Shown: in pieces, positions 1 through 20,407 of the stretch | How positions within the stretch are numbered: position 1 is the stretch's first letter | Layout of the letters: the number at the start of each line of letters is the position of its first letter | Notes under the pieces: model-generated | What the model was told of the DNA's origin: nothing | The model's input: only the letters and a program-made list of their open reading frames with translations | The model's database searches: none | Position numbers and translations under genes: made by a program | NCBI GenBank assembly: GCA_000004695.1 | Contig: CM000151.3 | Location: forward strand, 2,016,001-2,080,000 | From: Dictyostelium discoideum | Taxonomy: Eukaryota | Length of the DNA stretch: 64,000 bases | Direction: 5' to 3'

Positions 1-1900
<1,900 letters not shown>

Positions 1901-2377
1901 TTGTCGTTGGAAGAAAACAATTAAAAAAAAAAAAAAGAAAAAAAAAAAAGGAAAAAAAAAAAGAAAAAAAAAAAATTCTAAAAAAAAAATCATAAAAAAA
2001 AAAAAATCATAAAAAAAAAAATGTATTTTTTTCTATTAAAAAAAGTTTCGACATTAAGTTTACATTTTAATAATCGATTATTAAGATTTTTTTTTTTTAT
2101 TTTATTTTTTTTTAAAAAATGGATTTTTGAACCAACTTACACCAAGTTATTTTTATTTTTATTCAAAGAAAATGTATAAAGTTTTTTTTTTTTTTTTTTT
2201 TATTTTTTTTTAAATTAAAAACTTAATTTAACCAATCAATTGATATTTTTTTTCTTTTTAGATACTTTTTTTTTTAAAAATTTCAAGCTTTTCTTTTTTT
2301 TTTTTTATTTATTTTTCCTTTTTTTTTTATAACAATGATTTAATTTTAATTTTATTTATTTTTAATATGAATATAGT

Positions 2378-2559
2378 GTATAAAATAGAGCACCCAAAAA
2401 TACAAAACGATGTGAAATATAAAAAAAATGAGTGTAACCATTCTGTTTTTTGAAATTTTTTTTTTTTCTAAAATTTAAATCTATTTTTTATTAATTATGG
2501 ATACAATCATTTTTTTTTATTTTATTTTATATTATTTTTGAGTGCTCTATTTTTGTATA
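2378..2559. repeat. Inverted repeat pair (arms 2378..2408 and 2533..2559, about 20 of 21 identical) enclosing about 125 bp of AT-rich DNA; a MITE-like or hairpin element
   Basis: The left arm is tgtataaaatagagcacccaaaaatacaaaa. The reverse complement of the right arm is cagtatacaaaaatagagcactcaaaaataat. Both arms are GC-containing islands in an otherwise A/T homopolymer-rich intergenic region. Confidence 0.5.
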
Positions 2560-3069
2560 CTGAATTCAACGATTTAATTTCAATGAAATGGTTGCCAAAA
2601 AAAAAAAATTCAAATTAGATTAATTAATTGATTAATAATATTCTGGATAATTAAGGAGATTGAATTGTTTTGAGTTTGTTGGGATTTAATTTATTAAAAA
2701 CTCTTTATCCAATCAATTTTTTAATTGGGGCGAGCAACATAATCCATTGGTTAAATAGTTTATTAATCATTGAAGGTTCTTTTTTTTTTATTTGAATATA
2801 CTGATAATTTAGAACAAGTATTTGAAACTATCTATATCTTTATTAAAAAAAAATATTAAAAAAAAAAAATAGGTAATATCTACTTGGTCGTCCATTAACT
2901 CGTTCCTTTGAATTTAATTTAATGATCAATTTCTTTATTAATTTCAAATCCTAATTCTATTATTTTAAGTTTTGAGACTAATTTTTTTAAAACTGTCATA
3001 ACAAAAACAAAGAAAATAAAAATAAAAAATCTTTAAACTTTTTTTTAGTAAAATAAACTAATTATTTAT

Positions 3070-3870
3070 TTAAGCAACGGTTTCGATTTTTTCACCACGT
3101 CTCTTGAGGGCAGCGTTACGTTCATCAACTCTTGAACGTCTGACACCTTTACCGGCTGGGAGGGAGACGAAAGTTTGGGAGGCTTTACCAATGATGAAGA
3201 CGTTAGATAAACGAGTGGCGAATTGATGACCAGCAGTATCGGTAACGTGAACGATATCGAAGGAACCTGGATGTTTTTCACGGTGAGTGACGGCACCAAC
3301 ACGACCTAAATTGTGACCACCAACGATCATACATAAGTTGTTGACTTCGAATGGGATGAAAGCAGTGATTTTACCTGATTCAATATCGATTTTAATGGTA
3401 TCGTGGATTGAGATGGCTGGATCTGGGTAACGGATGGTACGACCGTCATCAGTGTGGACGTATGGGATACCTTGGTTACCAGTTTCAACACGGGTGACAC
3501 GGGCTAATTTGAATTTAGCTTCTTCTGGGGTGATTCTTTGTAATGTGAATCTACCTTTTGGATCAAAGAGTAAACGGAAATTTTCCTTGGTCTTTTCAAT
3601 TGAGATGACATCCATGAAACCAGCTGGGTAGTTTGGATCGGTACGGACTTTACCATCAACTTTGACGAGTCTTTGCATTAAGATTAAGGTGACTTCCTTT
3701 TTGGTTAAGGCATACTTTAATCTGTTTCTTAAGACGAGGATTAATGGGAGACATTCTCTTAATTTGTGTGGACCACTTGATGGTCTTGGTGCCCATTTAC
3801 CAGATAATTTATCTAACATCCAGTGATTTGGAGCTGCTAATCTTTTTAAATGTTTCTTTGGACCACGAGC
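3070..3870 (-). CDS. rps4: 40S ribosomal protein S4 (eS4), main exon; the initiator ATG lies on a separate upstream micro-exon
   Basis: The encoded protein [43 protein letters not shown]...GEKIETVA matches eS4 unambiguously. The frame extends upstream as [17 protein letters not shown] to a tttttttttatatag acceptor at 3871-3872, so the first exon is just ATG, which is common for Dictyostelium ribosomal protein genes. Candidate ATG exons are 4301..4303 (ATG|gtatgg, giving a 430-bp intron) or 4245..4247 (ATG|gtcaat). Codon usage is C-biased, typical of highly expressed genes. The stop TAA lies at 3070-3072. Confidence 0.9.
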   Translation of the reverse strand, partial: ARGPKKHLKRLAAPNHWMLDKLSGKWAPRPSSGPHKLRECLPLILVLRNRLKYALTKKEVTLILMQRLVKVDGKVRTDPNYPAGFMDVISIEKTKENFRLLFDPKGRFTLQRITPEEAKFKLARVTRVETGNQGIPYVHTDDGRTIRYPDPAISIHDTIKIDIESGKITAFIPFEVNNLCMIVGGHNLGRVGAVTHREKHPGSFDIVHVTDTAGHQFATRLSNVFIIGKASQTFVSLPAGKGVRRSRVDERNAALKRRGEKIETVA

Positions 3871-4829
3871 CTATATAAAAAAAAAGAAGAAAAAGGAGAG
3901 GAAAAAAGAGTCGAAATAATTTAGTTTATATTATTAAATATAATTACGTGATTTGATTAATTTTGATGAAATTTGATCAAACACACAAATTATTAGGACA
4001 TGAATAAAAAATGAAAAAAAAGTTAGAGAACTAAATCTTTTTTGATTTTTTTATTTTGGAATTACCGACTCTTTAAGTATCTAACCACATCTTACAATAA
4101 TCAAAACAATCTCTTATCCGGATTAGGGATTGATATTGGATTGATTTGAGAAGGAGCAGTGTACAATAATGAGAGAACCAAATTGATAACAGATTATGCT
4201 AGTATTAAATGATTTCGTAAATGGGTGAACCAATTCAGATTGACCATATAAACTGATAATTTTAAACTGTTATACTATTATAGATTCATAAATCCCATAC
4301 CATCTTTGTATATGTTTTTTTGAGGAATCGACAAAAAGGATGAATGAAAAGTTGAAAATAATTTTTAAATACCCTCGCGTAAAAAAAATTTTGAAAAAAA
4401 AAAAATTGAAAAAAAAAAATTAAAAAAAAAAAAAATTTCCGAAATAATTGATATCGTTACTGTCAAAATTTTTCAACCTTTTTTCTGTTTCATGTGTTTT
4501 TTGAATTTAATTAATATCCATACTTTATTTTTTTAACAAAAAAAAAAAAAATAATAAAAAAATAATAAAAAAATAATAAAAAAATAAAAATAGTAAATTA
4601 TTTTATTATTTTTAATATATAAAAAAAAAAAAAACCCTTTTTAAATACCAAAAAAGAAATAAAAAAAAAAAAAAAAAAAAAAAAAATTCAAAAAAAAAAA
4701 AAAAAAAAAAATTAAATTTCATATTTTTTTTTTTTATCCTATAAAACAAAGCCTGACTCAAAAAAAAAAAAAAAAAAAAATATTTGTTTAGATCTCATTA
4801 AATAAATCTTAAATGATACATTTTAAAAT

Positions 4830-7503
4830 ATGACAAAACCAATATTTAAAAGTAAAACCAAACCATTAGGGTGGTCTAAAATATCAAGTAAGGAAGTTAT
4901 TAATGAAGATGAAGAAGAAGAGGAAGGAGGAGAAGAAGGAGGAGAAGAAGAAGAAATAGATAATAATAAAAACAGTAATAATAGTAGTAGTAATAGTAAT
5001 AATAATAATAATGATAACAATAATAACAATGGTGAAGAAAGGAAGGTAGAAAAAGAAGAAGAGAAAGAAGAAATTAATCATTATAGAAATCAATTTGAAA
5101 AAGATTTATTAGATATGGAATTAAAAGCATTAAATAGAGAAACAATTGATAATATTTTAAGTGGTTTAAATTCCTATGAAATTTTTAAAGAAGTTAATTT
5201 CGATTTTGAAAAGTTATATTCAATAATTATTAGTGAACCTCCACCATTATTTGATACTTTCTTTGATTCAGTATCTTCATTTGAAATCTTCTTTACAGAT
5301 TGTTTAATTCTATTATGTAGTAATTTCCCAGACGGTATTGATACATCAATTACACGTCCAAATTTTAATGATTTTTATAATCATTTTAAAGATAGGTTAG
5401 TAGTATAGTAATAATAATAATAATAATAACTATTATTATTTTTCACTGATTATAATATTTATAAAATAAAATTACTAATATATTTCTTTTTTTTTTTTTA
5501 AAAAAAAAAGAGGAGTTATAAATAAATATATTTCAAGAGAAAATATTCACAAAGCATTAAATGATAAGTTAATGACAGATTATTTTAATTCAGGTATATA
5601 TTTAGGATTGTTGGATACTTTAGATATAGCAGCCATTAGATTTATAACGATATTTGGAAAGTTTTTATCATATGAGGTTGTAGAGACAATCAGTAATTCA
5701 TTATTTAGATATAGAACAGACAAAATTGAATTTCTATCAGATATTATTAGAGAATTATTATTATGTAATGAAAAATATAGAACATTATCAAAAAGTTACG
5801 ATTTAGTTCAAAAGAGATTACAAAAAGAAGAATTTACATTTATTAAAGTGTTTGAAGATGATGATCCAAAATTATTCTCAGCATTATATCAACCCCCTGA
5901 TATAATCAAGTTAATTACAGAACCAGAAAAAGATTCAGGGTTTTGGTGTATGATTGGAATATTTAAATCAAAGAGGATTTTAGATTATCTTATAAGAACT
6001 GAACCAAGTAAGAGTTGGTTCAAAGGTAAAGAATCTGATTACTTTTTTTCAATAGCGGAAATGGGTGGAAAATATTTCAATTGGACATTATTGGAACCAA
6101 AATTAATTAAAAAGGAAGTTAATCAGAAATCATTAAAAGGTGTAATACCACCAAGGGAATTGAATAGTCAACAACGTAATACTCAATTCTTTCGAGTTTT
6201 CAATGGAGTTACAGGGTTCAATGATATACGGTTTGTTTATGCCAATCCATCATTAGCTCAACATGCAATAAAATTTATTCAAAAGGTGACTGAATGTGGT
6301 CTATTTTTAAATACTGATGTAAGAAATGTTAGAGATTCCATACCAAATTCCAATAGTTTTCTATTTAGAAAATTCTTAGAGGTTAATTTTTTCTATAGAT
6401 ACGAAAAAGACAATGAGGTATATCAACATCAACCAACTGAAGAAAACTCACTCTTATACTCAACATCAATCATTTCAAGAATTGTGGAAATGGAAGTAAC
6501 TGATCTTTTATCAGTGGTTCTTAAAAATTTAACTCAACAAGGTTGTTCATTAGCACGTGAAGCCGTTGATGAGAGATCTTTGTTAAGTACAATTCATTCG
6601 GATAAATACTATAATAGTTCAATTGTGGTATTACATAATTATTGGCCAATTCCACCAAAGTTTTGTGATTGTTCAACATCATTTATTTCAATGGCCAATG
6701 GTAAATTGCCTAGAACCTATTCTGGTAGCGATGGTGTTATACCTTATATATTTTTCGCTAGAAATCATTTAACACTTGGATTCTTACTATCAATTCATAA
6801 TAATATCACCGATACCATTGATATTAATCATTGGATTTCCGTTGCGATATCTGGTGGACTTTATTATGACAAAGAGGAAATCTTTAGGAAATATCCATTA
6901 CTTCAAAAAGAATCTACACTTCAAAAATATCCAAGACCAGTTAATATTTTAGAATTTCAAACTTTATTAGAAAATAATGAGTGTATCGAATATATCGCCA
7001 GAACTTTCATTAAAGAAATTCCACCTCATGAAGTACCAACTGTTAAACATTCAGATTTACTCATACTCTTTGAAATTTCAGTTATGAAAAAAAGATCAAT
7101 TAGATCAAAAGAATCACTTCAAGCTGAATTAGATTTAATTGAAGAAGAAAAAAGAGAAAAGAAAAAACAAAAAGATAAAAAGAAAAATAAATCAAATCAA
7201 AATCAAAAAAATAATAATAATCAAAATAATCAAAGTAATAATAATAAAATAAATTCACCATCATCAAATAAACTCACTCAAAATGTTACTCCACCATCTT
7301 CACCTGTAAATATAATAACTTCATCATCAACTACATCATCAAGTACATCATCAACAACATCATCAACAACATCATCAACTATAGAACCAAAACCGCCAAC
7401 ACAAACATTACCAATAAAAACATCATCACCAACCAAACCAGAATCACAAAAACCATCAACTCCTGATCCATTAATCCCCAAATCTTCAAAATCAACTACA
7501 AAA

Positions 7504-7581
<78 letters not shown>

Positions 7582-7708
7582 GAAAATAGAGAAATGGCTT
7601 TAGAGGTTATAAATGAAATGGAAAAAATTGAAATTGAGGAATCATTATTATCAACATCTTCTTTGGTACAACCACAACAACAATCACAACAATCACAACA
7701 ACAACAAG

Positions 7709-7800
<92 letters not shown>

Positions 7801-9240
7801 GAAAAACAACAAGAACAACAAGAACAACAAGAATCTATTCAATTAAATCAAACCCTAACACCAATAATACCAGATTTTCAAATTGGTAAATTTAAATTTA
7901 GTAGAGACGAAAATAATATAATAGGGAGAGGATCAAATGGTACATTAGTATTTAGAGGAATTTGGAATGACAGAATACCAGTCGCTGTTAAACAAATGCA
8001 AAAAGCTTTCAATCCTCATATTAGTAAAGAGATTGAAGTATTAATTCGTTTAACGAGTAATAATTGTTCAAATATGATTAGATATATAGATCAAGAAGAG
8101 GATCAATTATTTGTTTATTTAGGTTTAACTTTATGTGAAGAGTCATTACAAGATTTAATGGAATCTAAAAGGTATAAAGAATTTATAGAGAAAACCACCA
8201 CTACCAATATTACAACGACTTTTAATAATAATATTATTGATGAAAATTTATATGAACAAAGAATATTAAGTCTTTTTAAAGATGTTATTAATGGAATTAA
8301 CTTTTTACATTGCCAAGATATTGTACATAATGATTTAAATCCAAGAAATATTTTAGTACATAAGGGTAACTTTGTTATATCAGATTTAGGACTTAGTAAA
8401 ATGCAAGTTGAAACATCATATTCATTTACAAATAATGCACCAACTGGTCAAGAAGGTTATCATCCAATTGAAGTACTTCAAGAGAAACGTAAAACTAAAT
8501 CAGTGGATATATTTTCATTGGGTTGTATTTTATTTTATCTTTTAACCAATGGTCAACATCCATTTGGTAATAATAAATTATTAAGAGTTGCAAATATTGT
8601 CTATGATAAACCAGATTTAGAGCCATTGAAATTTAATGCACCTGCCTTGGATTTAGTTAGATTAATGATTTCCCAAGATGAAAAGAAAAGACCAACCATT
8701 GATACCATACTTAATCATCCATTGTTTTGGTCAACTAATGAAAAAATCAAATTTTATGAATCTTCTTTAAACCTTTTAAAAGATCCAAATAATTCTCAAT
8801 CAAAACATAGTAAACTATTGAATTATTATCAAAATGATAATAGTGGTGGTGTATTATTTTTATCAAAACCTTGGAATCAAATTATTGATCCATTTTTAAT
8901 TGATCATGTTGAAAATAATAATAATAATAACAATAACAATAACAATAATAAACAAAACTCTAAAAAGTTAGCAATAGTTGCATATCAATACGATCAAGTT
9001 AGAGATTTAGTTCGTTGTATTAGAAATTCCTTGGTTCACCATAAGGATATATTAAGATCAATCACTCAACAACAAAACTTACCCCCATCCTCAAAGGAAT
9101 TTGCCAATGATTGTCTAAAAAGTCAAGAATCTGTACTATTATATTTCGAATGTAAATTCCCTGACCTATTATTTCATTTATATCAACAATTTAAAAAATC
9201 AGATTTCAATTCTAAAGATTATTTAAATATAAAGTTTTAG
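4830..9240 (+). CDS. IRE1-like (irl family) protein with a Ser/Thr kinase-like domain followed by a KEN endoribonuclease domain; exons 4830..5395 and 5538..9240, about 1421 aa
   Basis: Exon 1 ends AAAGATAG|gttagt at 5395 in phase 2 and exon 2 begins after tttcaag at 5538, giving ...[21 protein letters not shown]. The intron 5396..5537 is 142 bp and AT-rich. The C-terminal region aligns to the IRE1 kinase ([12 protein letters not shown] glycine loop, [38 protein letters not shown]). It then continues into a KEN domain (NHPLFWS...[22 protein letters not shown]...[17 protein letters not shown], compare IRE1 HPFFW...VRDLLRAMRNKKHHY...FVCYFTSRFPHLL). There is no luminal or transmembrane part. Poly-Gln (CAA)n and poly-Asn tracts lie in the linker. 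Confidence 0.8.
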
Positions 9241-9585
9241 TTTTGTTTTTTTCTTTTTTTAATTAAATAAAATTTGTAAAATTTGAGCTTTATATTTTTT
9301 TGTTTTTAATTTATTTAATTAATTACAATTTCTGGTTTTTTTTTAAAACATTTAAATATCGTTAATAAAATGATTATTAAAACAAGAATAAATTTAAATA
9401 GAAATCCAAGATATAAAAAAAAAAAATTAATTTATTAATAAACAATGATATTTTTCTTTTTTTTTTTTTTTTTTTTTATACATTAAGTAAATGAGTAATA
9501 GTACCATCTTAAATAGAATCTATTTTATATATTTTATTTTTAATTTTTTTTTTTTTTTTAAAAATTTTTTTTTTTTTTTTTTTTT

Positions 9586-11977
<2,392 letters not shown>

Positions 11978-12795
11978 TTTTCTTATCTATTATTTTACTT
12001 TTATTAACACTCTAAAAATGAAAAAATTATATAATAGTAATGTTAATATAACCCTATTTAAATTTTATTTATATGACAATATAAGACAAAAAAAAAAAAA
12101 AAACAAAAAAAAAGAAATTACATGATCAATGTGAGGTGCAATAATGATTAAAAAAAAAAAAAATAAAAAAAAAAATAAAATTAAAAATTGAAAAAAAAAA
12201 CACAAAAATTGAAAAAAAAAAAAAATAAAAAAAAAACCAAAAAAAAAAAAAAAATAAATTATGTATGCAATTAAGGGTATAACCCCTTGAAAATTAATCA
12301 TAAAAAAGCCATTCAGTGATGGGTTTAAAAGTCTTCAATATTTTACAGTTTTTTTGAAATCAGGTTTATTTTTTAATTTTTTTTTTTTTTAATTCTTTAC
12401 ATTTATTTTATTTTTTTTATATAAGAGTTAATTAAAAAAAAACAAAACAAAGCAAAACAAAATAAACAAATAAAATAAAATAAAATTAAAAGAAAATTAA
12501 ATAAACCACATAAATTTCATTTTTATTTTTATTTTTGTTTTTATTTTTAGAATGGATAAAACTTACTTATTACTAATATTTTATTTTAATTTCTTATTTA
12601 CCCACCTTTTCAAAATGAAATTTTCAAACAGAAAAACTAAAACTAAAAAATAAAAAAATAAAAAAAAATAAAAAAAATAAAATAAAAATAAACTGCAATG
12701 TTGGCAGAAAAAAAAAAAAAAAAATCTTTTTAAAAAGTTTTCTTTTACTATTTATTTAAAAATATAAAAATTAATGAGGGTGGACTATTTATGTG

Positions 12796-16812
<4,017 letters not shown>

Positions 16813-17227
16813 CTTGATATACCTATCTCTATCTCTTCTACCTCCTTTATTTTTTTTTTTTTTTTTTAAAAAGATTTATATTGGATGACCTTTTTTTTTT
16901 TTTTTTTTTTTTTTTTATCAATAGTTCCTTTATTATTTATTATTTATTATTTATTACTTTTATTATTTGTTTTAATTTATTATTTATTATTTTTTTTATT
17001 TGTTATTATTTATTATTTATTATTTTTATTTTTTGATTAGCAATTATATATATTTATTTATTAATTAATATCTGATATTATAATAATTAAATCTCCAAGA
17101 TTTTTTTTTTTTTTTTTTTTTCAAATTTTTTTTTTTTTTTTTCCTAAAAAATAATATACAATACCACAACAACAGGTATTAAATAAATAAATAAATATTT
17201 GTACACAATTAAATTAAACCTAGTTTG

Positions 17228-17258
<31 letters not shown>

Positions 17259-17293
17259 TTGATGGGTTATTTTAAAATTTTTTTTTTTTTAAA

Positions 17294-17326
<33 letters not shown>

Positions 17327-17509
17327 AATTTTAATTTTTTTTCCTTTAATTTTTATTATAAATTATTTTCATATGAAAAACTTTTTTTGGTTTTGTTTTG
17401 GATTTGATTTGATTTAATTGTTGGTTTTATATATATAAAACTATAATTTTAAAACCTAAGTGGTTTAATAATTTTTTTAATTTTAAAGTTTAAAAATATA
17501 AAATGCCCG

Positions 17510-17568
<59 letters not shown>

Positions 17569-18014
17569 TAAATTACTAATTTTTATATTAGTAATAAAAT
17601 AAGAGTGGTGTAGACAATACAAATTTTTAAAAATAACCACATATTATCATTTTTTTATTTTTTATTATTATTTTATTATTTTATTTTAATTTTTTTTTTT
17701 ATTATTTTTTATTTTTTATTTGAGAAGAATTGAGAGTAATGATGATATTGGCACACACACACACACACACCTTGTACCCCAATTCACAAGCAATTGAATA
17801 ATTGATATAAAATTATTTTTTATTTTATTTTTTTTTATTTTATAAAAAAATAATAATAATAATAATAATAATAACATATTAAAAAAAAAAAGAAAAAAAA
17901 AAAAAAAAGAAAAATAAAAAAAAAAAAAAAAATTAATTAATAATTTTTGTATCCATTGTGAAAATATTATTTAATTTCTACTTTTTCTTTTTTTTTTTAA
18001 ATTTATTGTTTTTC

Positions 18015-18139
18015 TTATTGTGAATCAAAAACTCTATCAAGTTTTCTATTAATATCATCGGTTGTCTCAAATGGAACAAAATTCTTTTCTAAATGAATTT
18101 TTTCTAATCTGCACCTAATAATTTTAATTTTAAAATGAT

Positions 18140-18214
<75 letters not shown>

Positions 18215-18472
18215 AATAAATAATTTTATTTTTTATTTTTTTTTTTTTGATTTTAATTTATTTTTACTTACAATTCTTTAAATTGATCATAAGATCTCCC
18301 AATTATATTTTTAGCTTCGGTTTTTAATTTCAATTTTAATTCTTGGTCTGGTATATCAAATTTCAATTTATTTAAATCATTAAAAGTTTTTAAGAAATTC
18401 TAAAATAAATAAATAAATAAATTAATAAATATGTGTGTTTTTGTTTGTGTTTGTGTTTGTGTTTGTGTTTGT

Positions 18473-18531
<59 letters not shown>

Positions 18532-20271
18532 ATATATTCTTACAGTATGTTTTTTAATTATTGATTTAACTTCATCTTTTTCTTTATTTGATTTATTAGT
18601 TATTAAAATATCAGCTATAGTTTTCCAAAATGAATTTAAAACTTTAATTTCATTATCTAAACAAGTTTCAAATTCATGTAGTATATGATTTGCACTCGCC
18701 AATTCATTATTTTCAAATTGTTGATTCGATAAGATTTTAGATTGTTTTAAAGAGGTTGAAATATAATGATAATTATTAATTTGAAAAATTACAGATTTAA
18801 TTGGTGGTTTAAAGAAATCAGTTGCAGGTTGAGTTGGAAAATCTTTTTTCGCTCTACCTTGTAAATATTTAATTAAATTTTTTAATATCTTTTCTAAGAA
18901 ACCAATAAATGATGTAGGTAATATTGTTGAAGATGCAGAATTTGATGATGATGATGATGATGATGAAGATGAAGATTTACTATTTGAAGAGGTTGATGAT
19001 GGTGCATTACTATTGCTGTTACTATTATTATTATCTTGACCTTTTAATAATAATTCAACAGAATGTTTATATTCAATTAAACGTTTAAAATAATTGATCA
19101 TATTTGAAGAGATTTCATCAACAGTTGCATCAGAGATGATTTCTTTTCTATTTGAACTTGAAATTTCTTTTTCTTCATCCAATGAGAAATCTAATAGAGA
19201 GGCACAAGTATCTTGTAAATGTTTAATTTGAGTTTTTAATTCACTAATATGTTTACCATCTCTTGAACTGATTGCAGTGATAAAGTCTGGTAATAGTTTA
19301 GTAAAAGTATCGAATAGATCTAGTAATGGGAAAATACTGAAGATTTTATCACCAGGCGTTTTTCTTACTTTAATGATTGGTTCAGTGGTTTCCAAGAGTA
19401 GTTCATGGGCAGGGTCAATGATTTCGTCGAGAATCAATTGATATTGGTTGCCAAATAATTCACTTGCCAAATCGTACTCTATCTGATAGAGACGCAATGT
19501 TTCTTGAACGTAGGAAATCAGTGGATGGGATCCCTTGACGTAGGCGAGGTTCTTGGTTTCACTGGTTTGTTTTATGAATTTCTCAGGCGCCATTTTACGG
19601 AGTGACAAAAGGATGAATTTCGATCGCTTATCTTTATACTCTTTTAAGAATGCATTGTAATGTAGTTTTTCAAATAGTTCAATATATTTGGAGATCTCTT
19701 CGACGTGGTTGGGTAGGATGATTGCTAGATAACGCTTGGAGTTGGGTAACTTCGCTATGGTGGTTGGGTCGACCAAATTGCTGATTTTGAGAAGCAATGA
19801 CTTGAAGCTGGTTTCAAGCTCGTTCAAGCCGGTGGCTTTCAATTGTTTCAAAGCGTCCATCACCTTGTCTGACGACTTGAAGTGCGATTTCTCGGCAATG
19901 TAGTCGATGGCATTGCCGACATGCTCCAATGCCAGCATGTACGACACGTAGTCTCCCTTGGCGCCGTCGTTGATTTTGGAGTCGATCTTATCGACGTCGA
20001 ATTTGTCCAGTACCGATTTCACCTGCTCCATGGTGGAATTAATATTATTGAAAATGCTCGACCACTCATTCATCGATGCATTGATGGGAGCCACATCCAT
20101 CTCCAATTGGGACAAGCCTTCATTGAATCGATCCAATATATAAATCATTTGCTTTGACATTGAATTGTTTTTCTCTAATTGCTCTTTTATGAATTGTAAA
20201 TCACGTTTATCATTCTCCAATTGGTCGTCCTGTTCGGTCAATTCCGAGGTCGCATTGTTTTTCCACGACAT
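18015..20271 (-). CDS. exoc7: Exocyst complex component Exo70 (exoc7); exons 18544..20271 (ATG at 20271; the frame stays open further upstream to 20400), 18272..18399 and 18015..18114, about 651 aa from this ATG
   Basis: The body aligns to Exo70 (NDKRDLQFIKEQLEKNNSMSKQMIYILDRFNEGLSQLEMDVAPI, compare human EEETLSFIRDSLEKSDQLTKNMVSILSSFESRLMKLE). The track ORF ending RIYFF* actually ends at a ACT|gtaaga donor (exon end 18544). Two further exons, NFLKTFNDLNKLKFDIPDQELKLKLKTEAKNIIGRSYDQFKEL and CRLEKIHLEKNFVPFETTDDINRKLDRVFDSQ*, reproduce the Exo70 C-terminus (human ...VEQVGDMIDRLFDTSA*). The introns are 18400..18543, holding poly-T and (GTTTGT)n, and 18115..18271, holding (GAT)n. The upstream boundary is ambiguous, as described under findings. 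Confidence 0.8.
18136..18213. repeat. (GAT)n microsatellite of about 26 units inside the last intron of exoc7
   Basis: A perfect trinucleotide run. It is flanked by the GAATT|gtaagt donor at 18272 and the attattag acceptor at 18115. Confidence 0.95.
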
Positions 20272-20407
20272 TACCACCAAATTACTGCTTTTCAAAGCAC
20301 CTGTAGATTGAACTGTTGTCACAGAGTATTCAGAGTTTAATAGATTTCTAATATGCTCAAACTCCTCATCATCAGCTTCTGTTGGTGTCGCATAAAATAG
20401 CTAATCA

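Noticed and set aside
19882-20157. Plus-strand ORFs of 91 and 61 aa antisense to exoc7
   Set aside because: They are opened only by the locally high GC content. They overlap a well-supported conserved Exo70 coding region on the other strand and have no start context.
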